Made by a program: the position numbers and the translations under genes. This document shows, piece by piece, positions 20,895 through 30,030 of a stretch of 64,000 bases of DNA (its first letter is position 1; the number at the start of each line of letters is the position of its first letter). The notes beneath the pieces are model-generated. The model saw only the letters and a program-made list of their open reading frames with translations, was not told where the DNA came from and made no database searches. Origin of the DNA: Clostridiales bacterium (GTDB taxonomy: Bacteria; Bacillota; Sulfobacillia; Sulfobacillales; Sulfobacillaceae); NCBI GenBank assembly GCA_027365485.1, contig DAHXNH010000185.1, positions 955 to 64,954 on the forward strand. The letters are read 5' to 3'.

Positions 20895-22061
20895 TCCTCC
20901 GGCTCTAAGGTATTGGCGTACTCGTTCTATAGCCTTTTCCAATTGGTCGATGCCGGTGGCATACGAACAGCGCACGAAGCCCTCACCGGGCCGACCAAAG
21001 ACACTTCCCGGGACCACAGCGACTTTCGCCCGGACCAACAAGTCTTCAGCAAACGCGTTGGACGTCATGCCGGTTGAACGAATATCTGGAAATGCGTAAA
21101 ATGCCCCTTGTGGGTCACTGGTTGGCAAGCCCAGAGCATTCATGCCATGGACTATCAGCCTTCGCCTGCGATCGTATTCCGCGACCATCACCGAAACATC
21201 GGCCAGACCGGTATCTAATGCCTCCAATGCGGCCATCTGCGCCATCACGGGAGCACATAACATAGTATACTGATGCACTCGCAACATACTCTGGATGATG
21301 ACATCCGGACCGCAAGCATATCCCAGCCGCCACCCGGTCATGGCAAACGCCTTTGAAAAACCGCCGACCACCACCGTGCGTTCGCGCATCCCTGAACAAC
21401 TAGCTAAACTCGTGTAATCTACGCCATACAAAATTTCCGCGTAAATCTCGTCGCAGATAACCAACAAATCCAATTTCTCGATCACTTGGGCCAGGCGCTC
21501 AAGACCTAAGCGATCAATAACCGCGCCGGTAGGGTTGTTGGGATTGCATAAGATGATAGTACGCGCCCCGAGTTCTGCCGCTGCCAGCAAATCCTCGGCG
21601 GCCAAGCGAAATCCGGTTTCCGGTCGTAAGGCAATGCTTAGCGGAACGCCTCCTGCCAATTGAATCAGGGGACGATAGGCAACATAGGTAGGCTCGGGAA
21701 TCAAGACCCGATCGCCGGGCCGCACCATGACCCTTAGGGCTAGGTCGATAGCTTCGCTGCCGCCTACGGTCACCAGCACGTCCGTCCCGGGCGAATAGTG
21801 CAGGCCAAAGCGTGTCCGAAGATACTCGGCAATCGCGATCCGCAAACTTAACAAACCTGCATTGGCCGTATACGACGTCATCCCGCGTTCTAATGCATAC
21901 AAGCCAGCTTCTCGAATATGCCAAGGAGTGACAAAGTCAGGCTCGCCCACCCCCAACGAAATCACATCTTCCATGGTTTCGGCCAAATCAAAAAAACGAC
22001 GGATGCCTGAGGGTGGCACGTTTTGCGCGAGCGGTGAGAGGCGGTTGCCCCAGTCGATCAT
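20889..22061 (-). CDS. class I/II PLP-dependent aminotransferase (AlaT/AspC-like)
   Basis: PLP-lysine motif SKAFAMTGWRLGY, plus the NPNNPTG motif. Its ATG overlaps the upstream Lrp gene stop (ATGA). Confidence 0.85.
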   Translation of the reverse strand: MIDWGNRLSPLAQNVPPSGIRRFFDLAETMEDVISLGVGEPDFVTPWHIREAGLYALERGMTSYTANAGLLSLRIAIAEYLRTRFGLHYSPGTDVLVTVGGSEAIDLALRVMVRPGDRVLIPEPTYVAYRPLIQLAGGVPLSIALRPETGFRLAAEDLLAAAELGARTIILCNPNNPTGAVIDRLGLERLAQVIEKLDLLVICDEIYAEILYGVDYTSLASCSGMRERTVVVGGFSKAFAMTGWRLGYACGPDVIIQSMLRVHQYTMLCAPVMAQMAALEALDTGLADVSVMVAEYDRRRRLIVHGMNALGLPTSDPQGAFYAFPDIRSTGMTSNAFAEDLLVRAKVAVVPGSVFGRPGEGFVRCSYATGIDQLEKAIERVRQYLRAGGG

Positions 22062-22552
22062 GGAGTAATCACCAATCTCTGGTCGTCATCACCGTCTTCT
22101 AACACCACTCCGTCGACTTTATAAGTCTTTAAGATGAAGTGCGTCGTCGTAGATTGGATGAAGTCGATCGCGGCTAAACGTTCCGAGACAAACCGCGCCA
22201 CTTCTTGAATGCGATGGCCCTCCACCACCACTTGCAGATCATAGCTCCCCGACAAGAGCAACACCGCCTGCACTTCAGGGAAACGATAGATTCTTCGCGC
22301 GACTTCGTCAAATCCCACCGAACGCTGAGGAATGACCGTGACCTCGATAATCGCGGTCACGCGATCTTCGTCCACCCGATCCCAATTGACGATGGCCGCG
22401 TACCCGCGAATAATTCCGTCTTGTTCCCAAGACTCCACGCGCTGACGCACCGTTTCGACCTCTTCACCCAACATCGTGGCCAAGGTCTCGTAGGACAACT
22501 TGGCATTTTCTTGTAGGAGCTTCAGTAAATCTTTTTCGTGCTCCGGGCCCAC
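22058..22552 (-). CDS. Lrp/AsnC-family transcriptional regulator
   Basis: N-terminal HTH (LLKLLQENAKLSYETLA) plus a C-terminal RAM-like domain. GTG at 22552 lies 9 nt after GGAGGGAGG. Translationally coupled to the aminotransferase. Confidence 0.85.
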   Translation of the reverse strand: MGPEHEKDLLKLLQENAKLSYETLATMLGEEVETVRQRVESWEQDGIIRGYAAIVNWDRVDEDRVTAIIEVTVIPQRSVGFDEVARRIYRFPEVQAVLLLSGSYDLQVVVEGHRIQEVARFVSERLAAIDFIQSTTTHFILKTYKVDGVVLEDGDDDQRLVITP

Positions 22553-22796
22553 GGCACTCAACCTCCCTCCTGGAGTTCTATTTATTGGACCTTTTTCCTA
22601 GAAGATCTGTCAAGAGTTTTTACAGCCCTCGTTGCCGCCTACCGCCACCCCACCTTCACTCTGCGCACCCATGCCCCCCAAAAAGCTCTCCCGCGCGCGA
22701 TCGTCCGCCGTTTGGCACCGGTCTCGATGCCAACTGAGGCAATGACCCGGATTTGTGATCGACAGGCTTGTCGTTTAACGTCATATTTCTCACTAG

Positions 22797-22825
22797 TTGA
22801 CAACTATTTCAAACCATTGTAGAAT
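22797..22825 (+). promoter_or_regulatory. sigma-A-type promoter TTGACA-17-TAGAAT
   Basis: Consensus -35 at 22797..22802, an exact 17-nt spacer, then TAGAAT at 22820..22825. Confidence 0.45.
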
Positions 22826-22831
22826 GCATAG

Positions 22832-22934
22832 TGAGGGACGCACTAAAGGATTGTGGAGTGCCAAGAGAATCGGCTGAGGGATCGGATTCTCGAAAGGGCT
22901 AGCGCTATGGCGCATGGCCCTTTCTTGATTTTCC
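22832..22934 (+). ncRNA. candidate ~100-nt small RNA (promoter to intrinsic terminator, no downstream + strand gene)
   Basis: The predicted TSS is about 7 nt after TAGAAT. Hairpin GAGAATC/GATTCTC lies at 22865..22891, followed by a terminator. No class was recognised. Confidence 0.3.
22892..22934 (+). terminator. intrinsic terminator
   Basis: GAAAGGGC(22892..22899)...GCCCTTTC(22917..22924) with an inner GCGC/GCGC pairing, followed by TTGATTTTCC. Confidence 0.5.
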
Positions 22935-23145
22935 CGGCCCGCTGGGCCAGCCCCTTGACCCGGAGTCGGCCCGCCCGCGGATGGGCTGGCGTTCAATCCC
23001 ATCGACGAGCTTGCTCTCGCAGCAATCCGGCGAAACGCTAAGCCAACGCAGCCAAGATCGGCCGAGCCGCATCCACCCTCAACCAGCCCGCCGGGCAGAA
23101 GCCAGTCGCCGCCTGCGGCCATACTCGCGCTATCTTGGGAACCGT

Positions 23146-24300
23146 TCACGCACTGGGATCGGAACCCGGGCCCGGCGCGACCACCGCATCCGAAGGCTCG
23201 GGCGGCGGCATGCCGGCCGGCAGCACCACCTTTTCTCTCCACACCCGTCCAGCCGCGACCCAAGCAGCGACAATAATGCCGGCGGCAGGCACAGCGAATA
23301 GGGCACCCCACACTCCCCACAGATCGGCGCCTATCATCAGGGCCACCACGGAAAGCACCGGATGCAATCCCACCTGAGCGCGAATGATCCTGGGTCCCAG
23401 CAACTGCGATTCAATCAAGTGGACGAGTCCTAGCAGGGCTAGCACTTCTGGTACCATAATCCAGGGTCTGCTGCTCAAAAGCGCCAGCAATACCGGTAAA
23501 ATGGCTCCTAAGATGGGCCCTAACAAAGGAATCAGTTCCATCACCGCAGATACAATGCCGATGACTAAGGGATAGGGCAGGCCGATGGTCCAACTGCCTA
23601 GGCCAAAGGCCACTCCAACAATCGAGGATAAAAGAAGCTGGCCTCTCACGTAGCCTCCGACCACACGGCCGAGAGTGTGCTCCACCGCCAACAGACCCTC
23701 GCGTTGAGGCGCTGGCACCAAACGCACGATCCCAATATGGATACGTTCACCGTCGATCAGTAGGTAGATGGTAATAAAAAGGGTGATCGCAGCTTCCACC
23801 ACGCTGCCCACCAAGTGCGTCACCAATCCAACGACGCGGGTGAGAACAAAACTCGAAGCGACTCCGGCGTTGCTCAAAATCTTGCTCTCGACGTTAGCGG
23901 CACTCACCTTAAGCCCTAGACGATTGACCCATTGCAAGAGGCCCGGAGCTTTAGCCGATACTGCAGTAAGATCTCGAGGCAACTTGGCTACCAACCCCAC
24001 CATCTGATGGGTTAAGAGAGCGACCGTGGTCCCGCCCCCGCCGACCACAATCAGCACGGAGCCCAACACCACCACGAACACAGCCCAACCGCGCGGCCAC
24101 ACTCGAGATAAGCGTTCAACCAAAGGGCTCAGCAGCATTTGAAAGACCAAACCTAAACAGACGACCAAGACCACATTAGTGATGCGGGAGATGAAGGTTG
24201 CCACCATCCAGACCACTAGGCCTAGTCCAATCAGCACCATGACGCCGTCACGGGCCATTTGCAGGCGCGCGGGCCAATCGGGGCGGGTGGGCTTTTCCAC
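23146..24300 (-). CDS. AI-2E (PerM/YhhT) family transporter
   Basis: About 8 TM helices with the typical AI-2E layout. GTG start 6 nt after GGAGGT. Confidence 0.75.
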   Translation of the reverse strand: MEKPTRPDWPARLQMARDGVMVLIGLGLVVWMVATFISRITNVVLVVCLGLVFQMLLSPLVERLSRVWPRGWAVFVVVLGSVLIVVGGGGTTVALLTHQMVGLVAKLPRDLTAVSAKAPGLLQWVNRLGLKVSAANVESKILSNAGVASSFVLTRVVGLVTHLVGSVVEAAITLFITIYLLIDGERIHIGIVRLVPAPQREGLLAVEHTLGRVVGGYVRGQLLLSSIVGVAFGLGSWTIGLPYPLVIGIVSAVMELIPLLGPILGAILPVLLALLSSRPWIMVPEVLALLGLVHLIESQLLGPRIIRAQVGLHPVLSVVALMIGADLWGVWGALFAVPAAGIIVAAWVAAGRVWREKVVLPAGMPPPEPSDAVVAPGPGSDPSA

Positions 24301-24418
24301 CAGTAGACCTCCTGTTCACTATCTCGGGCTTCGAAACGCCGATGTTCTCTTCATTGTAGCCACCAATGGCCACAAATGCCAAGTCGTCCGAGCGGTGTCG
24401 GTGGCAGGTCGATTCGCC

Positions 24419-26053
24419 ATGTATTACAATAATCATAGGCCCTTAGGGCTAAGAGGAGGACCGCCGCTGAATCCGCCCCGATCAAGCCGCACTTTTCTTC
24501 ATCGGAAGCATGCAAGCAGTATTGGGATCAGCGCCAGCCTGATATTTGGCGCCACCCTGATTAGTCGCGTCGCCGGTTTTGTCCGAGAGATTGCGATGGC
24601 TGTGATGTTTGGGACGAGTCTAAACACCGACGCTTGGCTGATTGCCTCGGTCATTCCTAACTTATTGTTCAGTACGATCAATGGCGCGATTTCGACCACG
24701 ATTGTCCCAGTCCTGACCGAAGGCGAACGCACCCAGTCGCCGCGCTCAATGGCGCATTTTATTCAAGAATTGTTTACCGTGATTATCCTGCTTTCATTAA
24801 CTCTGGTGCTCTTGGGCGAACTCTTTGCCCCGTTGTTGATTCACTTGATTGCACCCGGATTTACGGATGTCCCTAAAGAATACCACCTCGCCCTGGTGAT
24901 GACCCGTTGGATGATCCCCACGATTTTATTTTGGGGATTGGCCGGTCTATCCATTGGGGTTTTGCAGAGCCGTGAAGATTATGTGCCCGCCGCGATGTCG
25001 CCGGTGGTAATTAATATCGTTCGCATCACCTCCATTTTCGTGCTGGGCAGTATCTGGGGCATCGTGGGCGTATCTATCGGATTTTCTTTAGCGGTACTCG
25101 CTCAACTCGCGCTATTGCTGCCTGCACTGGCCGACACCGGCTATCATTTGAAGTTTCGATGGCGTTTTGGCCATCCGCTTCTTCGCCGGATCGGACGGAT
25201 CGCTGCACCTTTTTTTCTCTCGAGTTCGGTCGGGACCGTCGGCCAAATTGTGGACCGAATTTTAGCCAGTTACTTGGTGATCGGCAGTATTGCGGCTTTA
25301 AATTATTCCTTCGTCCTAGTGCAAGTGCCGATTAGCTTGTTGATTTCCTCGCTGGCCACCCCCATCTACACCCGCTTGGCCCAACATCATAGCCGCCACG
25401 ATAATGAGACGTTCACTGCATTGGCGATGCGCGGATTCCGTCTGGTTCTGCTCATTATCGTGCCGATGACGGCATGGTTCTTGTTGCTTCGCATCCCCAT
25501 CTTGCGCCTTATTTATCAGCACGGCGCGTTTTCTGGGAGCTCCACCGCGCTCACCCAAGGAACTCTTTTGTATTTCGCCATCGGGCTTCCAGGTTTTGCC
25601 CTATCTTTTTATATGCAGCGCCTCTTTTTTGCGACTCAGGACACCCGCCATCCAGCACGCTTTAGCATCATCACTATTCTGATTAATATCGCTGGCGACC
25701 TTATCCTGGTGCATCCGATGAAGGCCGAAGGGTTGGCCTTAGCCACCGGAGGCGCGCAATGGGTCAATGCCTTTATGTTGACTCGACAGGCCCTAGGACC
25801 CAAACAACGGGAATCCGTGAAATTTAAGAGAACGATGCTCCAACTGGGCCTGGCCGGATGTTGTCTCACCGCTGCGACTTGGGCCATGCGGACGTTTCTC
25901 AATTTATCTGCCTGGTCTGGAATCATCCCTCTGCTCTTTGGTATGGCACTGGTGGTCGGCGTTTCCGGGCTGGTTTACGCCGTCATCTTAGCCGTAACAC
26001 ATTTTCCTGAAATGGATCAACTGCGTCTGCGCATCGGCCGCATGTCTCGGTAA
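24419..26053 (+). CDS. murJ: lipid II flippase MurJ/MviN
   Basis: N-terminal signature LISRVAGFVREIAMAVMFG and about 14 TM segments. ORF 24179 extends back into the divergent gene, so ATG 24419 was taken as the start, which remains uncertain. Confidence 0.8.
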   Translation: MYYNNHRPLGLRGGPPLNPPRSSRTFLHRKHASSIGISASLIFGATLISRVAGFVREIAMAVMFGTSLNTDAWLIASVIPNLLFSTINGAISTTIVPVLTEGERTQSPRSMAHFIQELFTVIILLSLTLVLLGELFAPLLIHLIAPGFTDVPKEYHLALVMTRWMIPTILFWGLAGLSIGVLQSREDYVPAAMSPVVINIVRITSIFVLGSIWGIVGVSIGFSLAVLAQLALLLPALADTGYHLKFRWRFGHPLLRRIGRIAAPFFLSSSVGTVGQIVDRILASYLVIGSIAALNYSFVLVQVPISLLISSLATPIYTRLAQHHSRHDNETFTALAMRGFRLVLLIIVPMTAWFLLLRIPILRLIYQHGAFSGSSTALTQGTLLYFAIGLPGFALSFYMQRLFFATQDTRHPARFSIITILINIAGDLILVHPMKAEGLALATGGAQWVNAFMLTRQALGPKQRESVKFKRTMLQLGLAGCCLTAATWAMRTFLNLSAWSGIIPLLFGMALVVGVSGLVYAVILAVTHFPEMDQLRLRIGRMSR

Positions 26054-26109
26054 TTACAGAGTTTCCATTTTCTTCCATTTCTGCTATAGTGGGTGGGGGG
26101 GAATGATTC

Positions 26110-26364
26110 GTGTCATCAGCTGCTCACTCCGAAGGATCGGGCGAAAGCCCGCCGCGAAGACGCGGGCGTCGATTATGGACTCGACTAGTCATCGCCTTCA
26201 TCGCCATCGCGCTTATCATGTGGCAGCTTAATGCGGTCATTTGGGGGGTTCACGGCCTCAGTGGACTGTTAGAGGCCGGAAAGGGCCCGCGGGCGTTTCT
26301 GGCCCTGCTCCTCACCCATCTCTACCAAGCCGTCGTCGCCACGCTCAGGGCGCACATAAAATAA
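26110..26364 (+). CDS. small hypothetical membrane protein (84 aa)
   Basis: GTG start after a G-rich SD-like run. One TM helix (LVIAFIAIALIMW). Weak support. Confidence 0.3.
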   Translation: MSSAAHSEGSGESPPRRRGRRLWTRLVIAFIAIALIMWQLNAVIWGVHGLSGLLEAGKGPRAFLALLLTHLYQAVVATLRAHIK

Positions 26365-26446
26365 GCGGGACCCGGACGTCGAGGATTCTGCTTCGCGTCC
26401 GGATCCTCAGAACCAACCGTCGTGCCAGCGACCGTGCCCTCAGACG

Positions 26447-27119
26447 TTAACGCCGTCCCAAGCGCAACAAGAACAAAAGGAGGTTGACGATGTCGATGAC
26501 AATATACGTTGCCAAAACAATCGCCGTACCGCGTCCGCCAATCGCCAATCGCCAAGCGACGGTAGCGCATCAAAGAAAAATCCACGATGAGATATCCGGT
26601 GAAAATTAACACCCCAACTAAATTATAGGTGGTAGACATCTGAATTCCGATGGCGCCTGGGATGATGAAGGACAGAAGCCCCGTGACCAGGAGCAGGATC
26701 AGGCCGACCATCAGTAAGGGTGCCAACCGCGAGAAATCCCAAGGAATCCACGATACCAAAGCTGCCGAAAATGCCACAGCCAACACCAGGGTACCGAGCG
26801 TGGAAAGCAACAGGGCACTGTCGGTCGCTGCCACCGACCAGACGATGGGGCCGACTAAGATGCCCATGCCGACGGCGGTCGTGGCCGCCCATAACAAGGC
26901 GGCCCGACCCCTTCGGGCCGCGCGATTCACCATCAAGGTCCCACCCAACATCATCACCAAGCCAATCCACATGCCGACGTTGCCTAAAAAGACTCCGCCT
27001 ATCGTAGCCAACGACAAGATGAGCAGCAACAGCCCCACATAGGCCAAGGTTGGGCCCATTAACGACCCCTGAATTCCCTGGTCGGGCCAGCTCGATAGAT
27101 TGGAAGCACGATCATACAT
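26447..27119 (-). pseudogene. Bax-inhibitor-1/YccA family membrane protein, frameshifted by a 7-bp tandem duplication
   Basis: ATG at 27119 follows AAGGGGTGG. The family-typical C-terminus AIVLATYIVIDIVNLLLFLLRLGRR* is read only if one GCCAATC unit at 26537..26550 is removed. As written, the ORF runs on to 26322 in the wrong frame. Confidence 0.65.
26537..26555. repeat. tandem 7-mer GCCAATC x2.7
   Basis: The sequence reads gccaatc gccaatc gccaa directly. It sits at the frameshift point of the BI-1-like gene. Confidence 0.9.
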
Positions 27120-27338
27120 GGCCAACACCACCCCTTTGATAAAGTGTCATACACCGCCATGATTCGATGAATCCCTACCTTTAGTATACTCAGGCAGGCT
27201 CTCGCTGAAAACGAGCTGCTGCCATTGTAGTCCCCCTTCGAATGCGAGATACTAGGCGTAGTCAAGACTCAACCTGGGACGACCCCAAGGCTTTTCGGTG
27301 GTCGTCCATTGAAGCCTATAAGGAGCGAACAACATCTC

Positions 27339-28502
27339 ATGAGCAGGTCAGAAGACCGTTGGCAGTTGGCCACACAATTAATTCACGGAGGTCAACCGCA
27401 AGATCCCGCATACGGTGCCCTAGTGCCTCCCATCTATCGAGCCACCACCTACCATCAACCCGATCCCTGGGCTCCCCCAGACTATGATTATGCCCGCTCA
27501 GGCAATCCCACTCGACAAGTTTTTGAAACCGCGATGGCGCTAGTCGAGCAGGGTTCACGAGGGTTGGCCTTTGCTTCAGGCATGGCTGCGCTGACCGCCT
27601 TTTTCCTCCTGTTTCAAAGCGGCGACCACCTCTTGGTCACTCGCGATTGCCAAGGAGGCACCCAACGTGTCCTACGTGGGGTATTCCAGCGCTTCGGACT
27701 GAGTGCCACCTACGTCGATACCGATATCGTGGCCAGTCTAGAGACGGCACGGCGCAAGGAAACCGTCGCCGTCTTGGTAGAGAATTTTTCCAATCCTTTT
27801 CTTCGCGTCAGCGACATTGCCGCAATCAGTCAGTGGGCTCATCAACACCACCTCTTGGTCGCCGTCGACAACACCTTCATCACTCCCTACCTGCAAAATC
27901 CTTTGGCTTTGGGGGCGGATATCGTCATCCATTCGGCCACCAAGATGATTGGAGGCCATTCCGACCTCACCGCCGGCGTGGTGGTGACTCAAAGCCAGGA
28001 CTTGGGAGAACGTCTTTACTTTATTCAAAACGCATGTGGGGCAATCTTATCGCCTGATGACGCTTACCTAGCCCATCGTGGGCTAAGCACTTTGCCCGTC
28101 CGCATGCGCCAAGCCAGTGACAACGCGATGACCCTAGCCCACTGGCTCGCCTCTCGTCTTTCTCCTCACGCCGTGTACTATCCGGGTCTCCCGACCCACC
28201 CCGGCCATGATCTTTGCTTAGCCCAAATGCGGGGATTCGGACAAATGCTAACCTTTCGCCTGCGCAGCAAAGACGCGGTGCAAACATTCGCCCGTCGCCT
28301 GCATCTCGCTGCGATCGGTGCCGGGTTCGGCGGCACCGAAACCATTGTGTCCCTTCCAGAGTTGCATTGCCACGCTGCGTTGACTCCCAAAGAACGCCAA
28401 GATCGCTCTATTGGTGGCGATGTCGTCCGGGTGTCTTTAGGACTGGAAGCCGATCAAGACCTGGTTCAGGACTTCAATCAAGCGCTCCGCGGCCTGACTT
28501 AG
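27339..28502 (+). CDS. Cys/Met-metabolism PLP enzyme (cystathionine gamma-synthase/beta-lyase family)
   Basis: PLP-lysine motif HSATKMIGGHSD and the YARSGNPT motif. ATG at 27339. Confidence 0.85.
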   Translation: MSRSEDRWQLATQLIHGGQPQDPAYGALVPPIYRATTYHQPDPWAPPDYDYARSGNPTRQVFETAMALVEQGSRGLAFASGMAALTAFFLLFQSGDHLLVTRDCQGGTQRVLRGVFQRFGLSATYVDTDIVASLETARRKETVAVLVENFSNPFLRVSDIAAISQWAHQHHLLVAVDNTFITPYLQNPLALGADIVIHSATKMIGGHSDLTAGVVVTQSQDLGERLYFIQNACGAILSPDDAYLAHRGLSTLPVRMRQASDNAMTLAHWLASRLSPHAVYYPGLPTHPGHDLCLAQMRGFGQMLTFRLRSKDAVQTFARRLHLAAIGAGFGGTETIVSLPELHCHAALTPKERQDRSIGGDVVRVSLGLEADQDLVQDFNQALRGLT

Positions 28503-30015
28503 TCCGCTCCAAATAATCCGCCTTGGCTAGCCGTCGGACCACTTTCCCTACCGGACCGACCGGAAGTTCGGCCACCACCTCGATCACCATCGGACGCTTG
28601 TAATCGGCCAGGCGTTGACGACACAGCTCTTCCAGTCGACCGATGTCGACTGCGAAGTCAGGATGGGCGACCACCAGGGCCACTGGTCGTTCTCCCCGGC
28701 GCGGATCGGGGATGCCGATGGCGGTAGCCAAGACCACCGCGGGATCGCTCAACAGCACGTCCTCAATTTCTTTGGGGTAGACATTTTCACCGGCGACAAT
28801 AATCATGTCTTGCTTGCGATCGACCAGATACAAAAGCCCCTCTTCAGTCAGATAGCCCATGTCGCCGACGGTAAGAAAGCCGTCGGCAGTAAAGGCCGAC
28901 CGGTTCGCATCAGGACGATGAAAGTATTGGTCGATCAATGTCGGCCCCTTGACGTAGACCTCTCCAATTTGATTCGCGGCCACACTTCGTTGTTCCTCGT
29001 CTAAGATTCGAATCTCTTGGCCCATCGCCGGATACCCCACCGACCCGACAGGGCCGCCATTTTGGTGGCGAATCGTGGCAGCTGCCCCATATTCGGTTGA
29101 CCCGTAAATATCGTACAAACGAACGTGAGGAAATCCATTCAGCAGTCGATCCCGGAGCGTGCTGTCAAGCGGTGCCGAGGAGGTTAATAGCACCCGCAGC
29201 GTCTCAGGGTTTAGTTGGCCCCGTTCCACGCCATCGGCGAGAAAGGTTAATAAACTGGGTACAAACATCCCGTAGGTCGCCTGGTCCCGGTTCATCTCCT
29301 CGACCACGTGTTGCGGATGAAAATTGCGGTGGGAATAGATGATGCAGGTCGTGCCGATGACCATGGACAAGGTCACAAACCACATGGAGTTGACATGAAA
29401 CATCGGCAGCAGGGCAAAGCCGACATCGTCAGGAGTAATTCCAAACTCCGAGGCCATGGTGAGCGCAATCATCATATTAGAATAATGGGAGCGCACCGCG
29501 CCTTTAGGTTTGCCGGTGGTCCCAGACGTATAAACGATGACGAACGGGTCTTGGTCTTGCACTTCGGGCAGAGTCGCCTTCGGATCCGCGCGATCGACCT
29601 CCGCCTGCCACTTAGGAAATCCTTCGCCCGCCCCGACCAAGAAGGTGGGCACCCCGGTGGGTAAAGAAATTTGCTGGATCACGGGTGCAATTTCCGAACC
29701 CGCCAACACCAGGCTGACTTCCGCGTCCGCCAAGGCAAACGCCAATTCTGATCCACTCCAGCGCAGATTCAAAGGCACCCCAACCACTCCCGCCTTGGCT
29801 AAGGCGAAATAGGCTTCAGCCATGTCGAGGCCGTTAGGCAATAACAGACCGACTCGGTCCCCTGGCTTCAGTCCCCGATTCAGCAAGGCTTGCGCAAACC
29901 GATCGGTGTACGCATCTAACTCCTGATAGGTCATCTGTTCCTTACCAAAGATTAATGCCGTTTTGTCCCGGTGTTTTTGTCGCGATTGGCGTAAAGCTGA
30001 ACCTACTGTGAGCAT
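28474..30015 (-). CDS. AMP-dependent acyl-CoA synthetase/ligase
   Basis: AMP-binding motif YTSGTTGKPKG, plus YGSTE and GDMGY motifs. SD is TAGGAGAGGAAG. Confidence 0.85.
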   Translation of the reverse strand: MLTVGSALRQSRQKHRDKTALIFGKEQMTYQELDAYTDRFAQALLNRGLKPGDRVGLLLPNGLDMAEAYFALAKAGVVGVPLNLRWSGSELAFALADAEVSLVLAGSEIAPVIQQISLPTGVPTFLVGAGEGFPKWQAEVDRADPKATLPEVQDQDPFVIVYTSGTTGKPKGAVRSHYSNMMIALTMASEFGITPDDVGFALLPMFHVNSMWFVTLSMVIGTTCIIYSHRNFHPQHVVEEMNRDQATYGMFVPSLLTFLADGVERGQLNPETLRVLLTSSAPLDSTLRDRLLNGFPHVRLYDIYGSTEYGAAATIRHQNGGPVGSVGYPAMGQEIRILDEEQRSVAANQIGEVYVKGPTLIDQYFHRPDANRSAFTADGFLTVGDMGYLTEEGLLYLVDRKQDMIIVAGENVYPKEIEDVLLSDPAVVLATAIGIPDPRRGERPVALVVAHPDFAVDIGRLEELCRQRLADYKRPMVIEVVAELPVGPVGKVVRRLAKADYLERTKSGRGALD

Positions 30016-30030
30016 TGGAATCTTCCTCTC

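Noticed and set aside
22853-23301. Plus-strand ORFs of 62 and 106 aa, and minus-strand ORF 22793..23320.
   Set aside because: They are Arg/Pro/Ala-rich, lack a properly spaced SD, and overlap the AI-2E gene or the sRNA-candidate hairpins.
24179-24418. 80-aa N-terminal extension of MurJ.
   Set aside because: It overlaps the divergent AI-2E gene and is not MurJ-like. The conserved MurJ N-terminus begins ~35 aa after ATG 24419.
27132-27338. S-box (SAM-I) or T-box leader upstream of the Cys/Met gene.
   Set aside because: The conserved SAM-I blocks are absent. Only a partial GGUGGU resembles the T-box sequence, and no terminator U-tract is present.
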